Source: an uncultured Gammaproteobacteria bacterium (lineage in GTDB: Bacteria > Patescibacteriota > Microgenomatia > UBA10105 > UBA927). Taken from it: a stretch of DNA of 64,000 bases. The position numbers and the translations under genes were made by a program. Below are positions 21,101 to 33,100 of this stretch, piece after piece (position 1 is the first letter of the stretch; each line of letters starts with the position of its first letter). Below the pieces are notes generated by a model that searched no databases, was not told the origin of the DNA, and saw nothing but the letters and a program-made list of their open reading frames with translations. The DNA lies in contig CAZUOM010000001.1 in assembly GCA_964621305.1 (NCBI GenBank), forward strand, positions 165,448 through 229,447. Reading direction: 5' to 3'.

Positions 21101-24100
21101 AGCCTATGGCCATCGTGAGCCTCCCGGTTGGCTCCGTCATCAGATGCTTTGCATCGGTAATAAGCACCCGGCCGGTTGCCAGATCAACAAGCTGCATACT
21201 CCGCTTTCCCTTATAGTTAAGCGCTACGTAAGCAACATCTGCATAAGGATTTATCGCCTGGCTAACAGTAACATTTTTTAAGATTTCTCCCCTGGTATCG
21301 CTGGCAAGCCAGGAAGAAGGAATCTGAAGAGAAACAGACAGCGGTTTTTGGTCCGGCTTTTTCAGATTCACGATGCTCAGATTGGTTTCAGTTCTATGGT
21401 TACTATCTACTTCCAAATACGTCAGATATGTTGAGGTCGGAGAAAATGAAACATTTCCATAGATATTCTTGCTTGCGGCCGGGCCAGTGGTTGAAAATTC
21501 ACTCTCCGCCCAATATCTCTTTTCGTTTTCCGGCAGGAGGTGGATCACGGAGCCTATGATGTCCCATCCTGGCACTTTTACATACACCCATTGTTTATCC
21601 GGAGAATATTCGAAGACGAACCCCGGATCTGCCCGCGTAATTTCTGTCCAGCCAGCCGGAGCAACCCGGTAAAGGACTAGCGTGCCATCTTCAAACAAAA
21701 CTTCAGTATGATTGCCGGGCAAAAAATCAATCTTTTTAACCCTGGATTTCTGACCCAAAGTGTTGCCGGAGTTGTCGACCACTAAACGTCCGCTATAAAG
21801 ATCGATAAGCGTTCCTTCCGAAGTGAGGAAAGCATTGACTTTGGTACCCACTGGCGGCAGGGTATGGGTGACACCGGCAACTGCCTCTTTAGGCGGATCA
21901 ACTAGATACCGGTTGATTGCCGCCGAATCAATCTCTCCCTCGCTTCGGACAAAATCTGCAAGTGAGAGTGCAATGCTTGGTGATGTCGGTACTTTCTCGT
22001 AACTTGTCACTACTCGGGACGAGGTGACGATATTAATTCGCTCGATTAGTCCTGCCAACTCTTTCTCTTCCAGGTCGCTCTGTGATCGGGAAATCTTTTT
22101 ATCGATTATTTCAAGAAGTCGCCTCATACCCAACTCCGGCGGGATGACGACGACACGGTCTGTGATAATAATGGGCAGCCGGTCACGTTCCGGTACTGTC
22201 CACCAGTCTTCTTTAACCTTGCGCACATGGTCAAATGATGCATCTGTAAATGGAGCTACGACGATCTGCGCACCATTGGCTAGCTCAAGTCCGCGGATTG
22301 GTTTGGCTCCGAACTGTTTCACTAAACTCGTTGCCCCTTCCCAGGCAAAAATCTTGGGATGTAAAAATAGTGCGGTTTTCCCTGTAGGTATGGCTAGCTT
22401 GGTAAATTGTCCGTCATCGGGAACAACGATGTATCTATCGGCAAGACTGCCGATTATCGGCTCGATTGCCTTCATTGTTTTTGTTCTGATAGAGGCGACA
22501 GCAGCTATTGCCTCAGGATTACCGTGCTCAATGCCTTCCAGTCCGACGATCATGGTATTAATAATCGTAAGATACTCAGCTTTTTGCTCCGGTCCTATCT
22601 CCGGTCTTTGGGCATATTCAACTAATAGATTTACAAGATGCATGACACCCTGTTCAAATGCCGTTATCTCGCCTGGGTTATTCGACTGGGGAATATTGAC
22701 CAAATCCCTGGCTTCAGAAACTTCAAAAAGCCGGCCCAACTCAATCATGAGGCCGCCTGGCATCGTTGAGGACTCGGCAAGTGTCTCGGGTATTACAACC
22801 GTCTCGATGACTTCACCGTTTCTGGCAAAGGATACTGCATGAGGAAGTGTGTCATCGGAAACTATCATCATGCGGTCAAGTTCAGCTTCAATGTCAAGCG
22901 GCCCGGGAGTTTTCGTTCCGGTTTTGGAGACCATCATCCGCGTAAAAACGCCAGCGTCCATCCCTGTCCCGTTATCAACAGTTGTAGTCCCCTGCTCGTT
23001 TACGAATACAAATATATGCCGTTTATCAACTTCTTTCGGGTCCGGAAGTTTCCGTCCTGCGGGCACAATGATGCGTTTATGCTCATGACCATTGACCCGA
23101 TGAGTTCCAGCATCCCCTACCTGCGTCGTCAGCCGCACGCGCGTTTCAAAAGGGAAGCGTTCTCTCAGCCGCCTATCGATTTCTTCTTGTGTTATGAAGT
23201 TTTCCGGTGTCGTCTGTTTAACTAACGGAGTTGATAAACGAAGTGCAAAAATAGTTCCGTGCGTAAACGGCTGCCCGGATTCTTTCTCAAATGCAGTTAT
23301 CTGCGCTTGGGCTTTGTCTCTGAATTCCTCTTTTGAAATCTCTTTAGCCGGTGAAATAAAATACTGCCCGCTTGGAGCCCGAATGAACGATTGGACAAAA
23401 AATTTACCGCCGTTTGCCGTCAGCACGAAGAGGGTGTCTTTCCCGTTGGGCTCAAGCCACCCGAGATTTTGCTTAACTCCCTTGGAAAACTGTCCAATTA
23501 TTGCTTCAGGAACCAACGCATCTCTACTGTTGCTAACCGTTTCTGCAATCCCTTGCACTTTCTGACGACCGCTTTGAAACGATATGTCAACGTCGGTTAG
23601 TGGATCCTCAAATGTTCCCGCATTGACCAGGTTGATGATTTCCGGCGTAAACCCGGTACGGCTCAATGATTCAAAAATTGCTTGTGCAGCATCTTTGCCA
23701 GTCAAGTTTATCGATAGACCAAGCTGTGATAAAAGCGTTGTTAGGGTTTTCCCGTCAACTTGCCCGGAATGCAACCGCTGCACAGCCCAAACGTAGTGGT
23801 CGTAATCGATACCGCCAAATGTCTCCGTCTGGTAGGCAAACGCGGTTTTACTCGCCAAGACCTCCTCATGCGTCGGACCGTTATTGTTGAGCCGTAGGAT
23901 AGGTAGCTGTTCTTTCTCTTCTACAAGTGTTTCATCCGAGGCGCGCAGAAGATTCCAGATATCTGAGACAGCTCCAAATCCGCCAATTTGAGGGATTGCT
24001 GCCCGTGCGGCAAATCCGAATGAAAACACGTCCGCTTTGTACTCTTGCTCATGTCGAGCCATCCATACCTCTAGGGCCGAGATTTTTTCGTTATCTTCAT

Positions 24101-27100
24101 GATTTACTATGCCAAAACTTAGAGATTCGACTAATGTGATAATTGATTTGATTTCACGTACGACAGATATGTTCTCCTCCATGATTCTTTTCGACCTATC
24201 TTTTTTTTCATTCGCAAAGCGCTTTGATAATCGGCGTTCTAGCTCGTCTATTTCGTTTAGCGTTAGTTGAGTCAATTCGTCATCGTGTAAGGAACGGCTT
24301 GTTGCAAGCTGGACCAAAGGATCAAGTTTTGGGTTGATTCTGTATTCAGTACGTACAGTCGTATTGTGGGCCACAATACCGTTGGCGACGAAATTGTGGG
24401 TGCCTTCTACTTCGATATCAAAGACCTCTTTGCGGCCAACTTTTTCTATCGACACAACCGTGTCGTAAAACGCATGGCCTGCTCCGGCGACGGCTATCCT
24501 GTCTCCTACCCGAAGCTGGGAAACCCTGCACCATTGACCGCCCTTGACATGGTCCATGCGATTTGATAAGATGTATACGGTTTCTTCACCCCGCGCAAGC
24601 GGGGCTTTTTTGCCTCCTTTGTCAAGCCATACGCGTAATTTTTCGATAAACAGATGGGGAATTTTTCGGATTTCCCACGCGGCGTTTTGTTCAAAACACA
24701 TCATGGTGAAATTCTTTCCTTGCGATTTAATCTGTTTAGCTAGATTCACAAAATCGCTGTCTCCGCTTACTACCACAACATCCGTAACACTTGCCAGATA
24801 TGACTGGATATCCCAGGCCATCTCTACGTCAAAATTACATTTGTAGATGAAAGCGCCAGTTTTGGGATTGGTAATAATTTTCTTGAGCGGCTTTGTGACG
24901 ACGCGATATCCTTCGGTAGCGCGATCGGAAATGTAGGAGGCGGCCTGCGTTTTCAGTTTCCCCTCGGGCGTGCCAACGTAATAGCCCGCATAGACAATGT
25001 CGCCACTTGCGGAAAGAAGCCGTAAGAACTTTTTCCATGATACTCTCCAGCCTGCACGGCGCTGTGCATAAAATACATTTGCATCGTCAATGAAGACTGC
25101 AATTTTGCGCTTAACCGATGGCCTGCTTGTTTCCCTATAATACGGGTGAGTGCTCGTTGTCTCAATTTTACGGCCCAAAAGCGTAGAGAGTTTATATACA
25201 TCCTGCATCCCCTTTACCAGCAATTTGTTTACATAAGCAGGAACGAGGCAACCGGACCGCTCGTCCAATGTCAAAATTTCATCGCCCTCCTCGATCTCGT
25301 CGATCCGAACATCTTCCCAGCCTTCATCAAGACTATGGCCGGCAAGCCAGTCCTCATCAAGTCCTCCAACATTTCGGAGCATACCGCAAACCATCATTGA
25401 CAGAAGTCCCAATGTCGCCGTATCATCACCATCAGTGCCACATCTTGTATTTATCGCCAACCCATTCCGACTCTCCCCTGACCAGCTCCGATCGCTCTCA
25501 GGAATCTGCCAGGACATTGGCCAAGTTCTGTTCGCCGGATTCGTAGTGGCGCCCATTGCGGCCAAGGGTGCGGATGCAGCATTCCTTACATTGGGGTTGA
25601 CATCCTCCGTCGCCTTTTGGTACATTGAACTGGTCATTGTCAGGAAACTCGAAGTATGAATGTCGCCCAAATAAATACGATCTACCTCGTCTATATTCTG
25701 GCTGCACTGCTTGCTATCTTTTTCCTGCTGGCAGTTTATTTCTCGTTTAAGGATATCGACAGCAGGCGGGGTCATTCCTCCAAAACCTCTTCCCGATAAA
25801 ACGACATCGCCAAATCCGAAGGATTCGGCAATACTTCCAATTATGGCAATAACTCGACGAAGCAGAGACCACTGCGTTAAAAGGTCACGTGTTTTCCAAT
25901 CTCCGTCCCCTCCTCCTATTTTTACTTTTTGATCTTTGATTTTTGATTTTCTCCGCCGTCGGCGCAGAATAGTGTCCCCCGTCACGCACTCGGGCAGCCG
26001 GGCTTCCGGCACCGCGCCAGCCGGTGTTCGTGGCGTTACTGGTCTTGCTTGTTCTGCTTGTCTTGCTTGTTCTGCCACCTCGCCGGGGGCAAGCGGGATT
26101 TGTTGCTGGCCCGGTTTGAGAGCGAGCGGTTCGGCCGGCAAAACTTCATGAGCGATCTGCCGAGCAAGCTTCTCGACGCGCTGATCATACTTGCTATTCC
26201 AAACCGCTTCACCAAGGATGGCTATCTCCTCTTTGAGCGCATCTTGAATTGCTGCTTTTACAAAACCCACAGCGTAAGGAAAAGGATATCTCTTTGCATT
26301 TTGAGCTACTTCCTTCCACTCTCCGTAATAAAGGAAATTACCTTTGTCCGAAAGAACTCGTTCGATGTGCTGTTCCGCTTGAGAAATTGAGGCTTGTTGT
26401 TTACTAACAACAATTTCGTAAATCTGCTGTGCCCTCTCCCGTGCTGCCTCCTGTACCCGAGCCCGCTCGTCGGCCGTCAGTTTCGCGATTTTGTCAGCTA
26501 CGTCTTTTGACGTGAGTATTGCCCCCCGAATTGAATTCACGACCTCATTTTTATCAGATGTTTTTTTCAGTGCATTTTCCCCAACCTTTTTCCACTCATC
26601 ATTCAACCCAATATTGTCACCGCGTATCAGATCAAGGACTTCATTGAGTTTTCGGACCTGCTCCAAGCGCGTCCGAAGTTCGTTGATGCCATTTTGAATG
26701 CTCGCAAGATCCGCCTGATTCACGATTGGAACTGCGATGCCTAGTTCTTTTGCTTGATCGGAAAGATCATTGAATACTTTAACCGCGCGATCAGTATCTG
26801 ACTGTGCTTTTTCTGCTGGTTGGGCTGTAATTGATTCCGGCCCAGTAGGTGTGTCTGTGGTTGGGGTCACCGGTTCAAATAGGGCCTCGGGGAAAAGGGC
26901 CGGGTGGCCGGAACCGCCGCGACCGGCTAGGTTCCCCCAATAAACCAAACCACTCCCTAAAAGCTTAAACCAACTGTAATTAGCGACAATATACTTGAGT
27001 TGGGTGTGATTGGTTATGGGAATCTTGGTTCCCTCAATGGGATCGGCTTTCCCTAACCCCTGGGCTTGCGCAATCACATCCTCACCTCTATTGAGTACGG

Positions 27101-30100
27101 ATTTGTCGCCAAGCTTCCTCATGGCATAGACACCTACGTGGGTGCGAACGGCTGTTCCTTCTTTAAAAACAACCGGATTACCCCAGCGTAGTGGCGCTGG
27201 CGCACCAATAATCGGGAGCGGAATCTTAGATCTGATAGCTTCAACAATCCCCGGATTCGGATCAGGAATTCTTGGAATAACGGCGATTACATTGTCGCTT
27301 GCGTCTTTGGCAATCACTAGTCCATCCTCAAGCGCCAACTCCACGCTATGTACCTGGGATGCCTGAACATTGGCTTGGGCGGCAGAAGCAGATGGAGGAG
27401 CTGGTTGCGGCCTGACGTTTTGCCACACCCAATTGACTGACCTGGCAATATCGTATCCAAACGACCAGATGCCAAACTTAGGTAGCAAGAACCAACCGAT
27501 CGGAGATCGCGTAATGACAAACCGACTCGTTTCCGCCCAACCGGCGGGGCTAGTCGCATAGGTCCAGTTAAAGAGTCTGCCGCCACGGCCTAGCCCAAAA
27601 AACGCGGCATTGGTCCATTTGCCGATCGGCCCTCTAGCACCCATCCAACCAAATCTACCTGCGGTTTCCTTGGCCACGTCTATACCGTAAGCCGTACGCA
27701 ATTGGTCATCCGAAAGCGTGAAATTGAAAAACTTGCGGAAAGTAGGCCACTGTTGAACCTGCCCCCCTTGTTTGGTAGCCCGATAGGAAGCCGTAAGAAT
27801 CGTAAGGATTCGTTTGGACGAACTGTCTAACCGCCCTTCTCCAACAGCTGATTCAAGATCAATATCCGGATTTGCCAATAGCTCTCTTGCCACGGCAACC
27901 TCCTCGTTGACCACGGCATCAACAGCGCCTTCGGCAACCCTGTGTTTGGCCGCATTCCGGTAGGCATCCTTCCACTGATCGGCTTGCTTAACTATGTCGC
28001 TATCGGCCGATTCGTAAGCTGCGGCTATACCAGCCAAGAGAACCGCCTGGTCTTCTTCGGATCGTTCCTGCGCGCGCACTTGCTCCCAGCGGAAAATAAC
28101 CGCACTTGCCCTCTTTATGGCCTCCCGCCGGTCTTTGCCTGGTGAAGGGGCTGATGTATCTGTTCGAACTTCACCTTCTAAAGATTCTGGCTGAGAAAAA
28201 AGAAATCCAGTAAGCTGTAGAAATCGTTGATCATTGATATCTGAAAAATCTCGAAGATAGGTACCTATCCCCCTTTTACTCTCATAAAGATCCCGTGCTT
28301 TCTCCCACTGGCCCAATCTAGCAATCTGATATGCGTCAGCTTCTCCAATTACATCAACCAACTTGCCAAATCCATCGATAAAAGGTGTTTCGTATTGAAG
28401 AGTATGTAAACCGAGCTTTCTTGCAAACCAACGCACCGAAGCTTCCTCTAAACTAATTGGTTGCCCATACAGTCCATAACCGGATTTTCCCATACGAGCG
28501 CCATGGAAAGCCTCTTCAAACGCCGTTCTGGCAAAACCATCTGGATGCTCTACGTTAGAAACATTAATGATCGCCTGGCCCAATGACGGCTCGAAAAATC
28601 CATAGGCCGCCTCCAACCGAGCATCTATCTCTTTTACTGTATGACCACTTGCAACACTAATGGCCGTAAATCTAAACGATGGTAAACTTCCGTCAGCGAT
28701 CCCAAAAGTCTGTTCATAAGTACTTATTTTGTCATTGAGCTCTCCTATCTTTTCCTGTGATCCTGGTGGAAGTTGAGCTGCTGCATTTCTTGCTCTCACC
28801 AAAAACCGATACAGAGCTAAAAACAATTCCGGATCCTGCAGTATATCTTTGCCTAGCTGAAGACTTGGTAAATTGTTCTGCGTCAAGCGTGCATTTATCT
28901 CAATAAAAACAGCTACGTCGCCCGGAGTTAATTTCTCGTGTGGTTTCCACTGAGCAAATCGTTGTGCTAACTCCACCGCTTCTTGTTTAGAGGACTGCCG
29001 AAGTGTGTCGGGTATGTTTCTGTCAGAAAATTCAACATCAGCCTGACGAGCGAGGTCTGGACGAGCGGACGCAATGTTATCAAAGATCTCTAATGGCGAG
29101 GGCGTACTAGCAGGAACCTCCTGCGGCCCCAAGCGCACCGGCGTTTCCGCTCCTTGACGGACAATGGATGCGGCGATGTCAGATTGAGAAACTTTGCTAT
29201 TGATGATGGCGGTGCGATCATCGATGCGGACGGCATCCTGCAAGTTTTTGCCTCTTACTGCTTCCGGATTAAAGCTAAGCGAAGGGTTTTCTATTAATGC
29301 AATTTCTGTCCGCTTGCCGCTGTTGTAAATCCGATCATAATAGAACTCCTTGGCTCTATCGCTCAGCAGCCCAAACTCCGGTGTGTCTTTGAGTCCGTTG
29401 ATAAACTCCCGTGCCCGTGCCGCTGCCCGGTCAATAGTCGCTGCACCTGACTCTAGGCCATTACTCAAGCTGTCACTCCCGCCGGCTACACGGTCATAGA
29501 GGGATTTCCACTTTTGTGAGACATCTACCGGCTTGCCGTCTGCATCGAGTACAAACGATCGTGGTTTTCTCCGAAAAAGCCTGTCTACGAAGCTTTGTTC
29601 ATTGCTTTCAAGAACCAGCTGGTCAATCGTATTTTTTACCAGGTCGTCATACCCTTGGGCTAGTGAGTGAGTGAGTGCTTCTTGTCGAGTTCCCTGTCTG
29701 GGTCCCTGGTCTTTGGCAGCCAGGCCTTCGTTTTGGTCAAAAATCTTCTCTGCGTCAGCAAGCGTGTACGATGCATCCGCCTCACCCAACACATAGACTG
29801 TTGCGTCGCTGGCTATCTCCCGCGCCCGTCCGATGTCCTGGACCAGACCGTTCTTGGTGGTTTTATATTTACTCGCTATGATATACTGTGCGTCGCTAGA
29901 GGCAGACGATCGACCGCTTCTTGGTACGTCACCTTTTCGAAAAACTCCCGCAATATCTGTACCACGGCCGGAGCCCTGGGTATAGACGAGGATAAACCGC
30001 CTGTCACCGCGACTGCCTACCTCGTACTGCCGCAAAAACTCCTCGAGCGCCGTCCTGCCTTCTCTTCCAACGATGGAGTGATCCGGATTACCGTTTTTAT

Positions 30101-33100
30101 AGACACGTACTTTTTCACTTTCTGCAATCGTATTGTCGTTATTGATGATAATTACTTCAACGTCCTCTCCCATCTTCTTCCCTTCGTCTACGATTTTCCG
30201 CTCCAATATCCTTCTGTCTGTATCCACCGCATCGAGGATGACGCGAGCGGCTTCCCCTTTTTGCAATTCCTTCACGGCAATTTTTTCCGTGCTATCAATC
30301 TCCTTCCACGTAAAATCCCGAGTCCTGTTTATCTGGCCAAAAATCTGCTCCACAGAACTTCTGTCAGGCTGAAAGGCCTTCATCTCCATGCCCAGGCTCA
30401 ATCGCGCATCCAATACGACTCCATCTGGTGTGCCGGAAAATCCGTACACTCGCTGGGAATAATGGCCGCTAGCTATAATCTGCTTCCATGTGGTCGTCTC
30501 GCCTTGCTCAGAAACCGTAACGCGGGATGTCTGTTTTCCTGCATCTTCGTGAGAAATCGGCCGATTGTTTAACGCTTCCTGGATGCGATTGCCGACCGTA
30601 TCCAATGAAAGTGCCGCGTAGGCATCCTGGGGCCGTGTGTTCTGCAGCCGGCCCGTGCCGTCGCCATAGACCAAATCCGCACCCGGCGACGGCCTGCCGT
30701 AACTGTTCGACGGCCGGCCAACGTCGGCGATAATGGCGTTAACTACACTCAAACGTACGGACAAGTCTTGGACAAAGGGTCTCGGCGCATCCGGAGCATT
30801 CCGGTATACGTTAAGCTGAGCAATTATCTCCTCCGGTATGACGCGCCGATTTCCGTTTTCATAATGGGTGATATGTTTCTCCTGGGCCCAGGTCTCAAAT
30901 GCCGGATCCGACTGGGATTTTGTGCGATTGTATGACTGCTCCGCAGCTTTTAGAACCATTTTGAGACGCATTTCTTGCGCTTTATTGTCCGCTGACAGCC
31001 GCACCCCTCCCTGATCATCGATAAATAGTTTTGATCGCCCGCCTTGCTGCTTTTCAGTTATCCCTGCATCCACAAAATCCTTCACTTCTTGCGAGTGATA
31101 TATTTCTTCAAACGCCTTCACTATTTCCGGGTTTGAATCTACAACCAATATCTTTTTACCCCCGGAGGAAAACCGCGTGCTAGCCAAAATCATGTCAAAT
31201 TCGTCAATGAGGAGAATGGAATCTTTGGTTGCGGAGAGAAATGCTCGCGAGAGCTCATCGCTTGCGCGCGAGGCGTGGTGCTCGTAGGGCGTGTCTGCCG
31301 TTGCCGAATACACAACGTCACTAGAAGCCATGGCAGCTGCCCCTTCGCTTCCGCCTACGGTTTTCCGGTTCCCTTTACCATCAACATAGGTGACTTGGCG
31401 ATTCTGAATATCATAATAGACCGCCTTGACACCATTTCTTGCGTGCACTTCCGGCGGGTACTGGGCCATCATGCCCTGGACATCGGCAAACGTCGTAGCC
31501 ATGACATGGACTTTGGACCCGGTAAGTTTTGCTTTGACGTCGGCGATGGCGTTGAGGAGAAAAGCGGATTTGCCCAAGCCCGTCGATCCGTCATAAAGGA
31601 CTCCCGTGATGTCATCTTTGACCGATGCGTCAAACACCGCGTCGTAGAAAATGCCCGATTGGTCAGCGCGTTCTTCATTGGGACCGACCATTTTGCGTTG
31701 TTCCTGGTTTCCGGTTTTTCGGGATAGTTCGTCTGACCAGATCGTTTCTATCTCTCCGAGGAGCGCACTCACTTCTGTCAGCCGTGCTTTTGCTTCCGGC
31801 TTGGGCTCGTTTTTCCCATCAAGGGAAACAAGCTCAAGCTCTCCTGTGTCTTTGCGTTGAATACGGAACCCGTCGTCGCGAAGCTGTTTCGCCACTTCCC
31901 CTAGCCGGCCGGTTGTATCTGCCAGCTTTTGCCGGGCAGCTCCCTCGCCTCTATTGATTATGTTGTCTATCGTTTTTCCTAGTTTGATACGGATTGACTC
32001 ATCTGTTTGTTTTTTAGCTCGGTTATACAACTCGTCTGCTGCCTTCTCGTTGGATTTTGCCGACTCCAATGCCTTTTCCAGGTCCGCAGCCACTGGTTTG
32101 CCTTCGGATTTAAGAAGATCAATCCTGCGTTCCAGTATCTCCCGCGCTTCATGTGACGCAACCATCCTGGCTTTGGCATCGAGCGCGCTTTTTTTCAACG
32201 ACTGCCCGGACACTCCATCTCCAATGGCAACCGTTGCCGCCACCAGTGGGCCAGGGTTTCTCTTGGTTCCTATAAAAACCTCCGCCACTTTGCGACGCAG
32301 GCCGCCGCTTGCAGTAAATTCTTTCTCGAGAACGGCAATTTTTTTGTTGGCACTGTCCCAGTCGGCAGCAAGCTCTACCTGCTGATCCGCGCGTTTCGTA
32401 AATTCCTGCGCATCTTTTTCTGATCTATTTTCCTGCACAAGCTTCTGATAAGCTTCCTCTCTCTCCGCTTGATCTTTCTGCAACTGTTTAAGCTCATCCA
32501 TTACTTCCCGCTGGCTCTTTGTCCACTCGCGGCTCTCCAGTTTCTGCCGGGCGTCAGCCAAGCGCGTAAATGCCTCTTTGTAAGCCGTAGCGTCTGCGTC
32601 CGGTTTTTTTGCGATTTCTTCAAATGCCTTTCGTTTTGCTTCAAAGTCTTTATAGTCTGCGTTACCGCTTGCGCGGTCAACTGCCTGCCGGATAAAATTC
32701 CCGGGGCTAGTGCGGATGGCCGCCTCTTGCCTGACGGCAGCATCGGCGGCATAGAGCGCCGATCGGGCCGCATCAACTTTTTCTGGCGTAATCAGCGACT
32801 CTAGATTGTTAGATACCCTCAGGCTCCCGTCTTTTTCAAATAAACTATTCCAGCGTTTTGCTGCTTTATCAAATTCCCTCTCGACCCTCGTCCTGTTTTC
32901 CTCTTTTATGGAAAGCTCCCGCGCCATGGCATGGGCCTGGGCTTCTGCTTTGCCGGTATCGATGATGGCTGCGCGCAGACGCGTTTTTGCTTCTTGTAAC
33001 CGTTCTGGCAATTGCTCGGGCGCAGCCGTAAGAGCGTCTATATCTGCAAGTGCTTTTTCAAGCCCGACACGAGAACCGACTGTTTTCCCTCTCTCTCCTA

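Larger units (their letters stand above)
24363..25988 (-). mobile_element. Intein, 542 aa (residues 4138-4679) with inserted cargo
   Basis: Block A C-VTGDT, block B IETTSTHPYY, block F VFDIEVEGTHNFVANGI, terminal HN followed by Thr+1. Confidence 0.92.

Noticed and set aside
22024-30572. Long plus-strand ORFs 22024..22842 and 29667..30572
   Set aside because: Antisense shadows of the giant gene with no motifs or promoters, unlike the pair at 25435-25799.
29800-31620. Housekeeping secA gene
   Set aside because: Motifs are divergent and embedded mid-way in an 8,748 aa protein, so it is treated as a SecA-like domain only.
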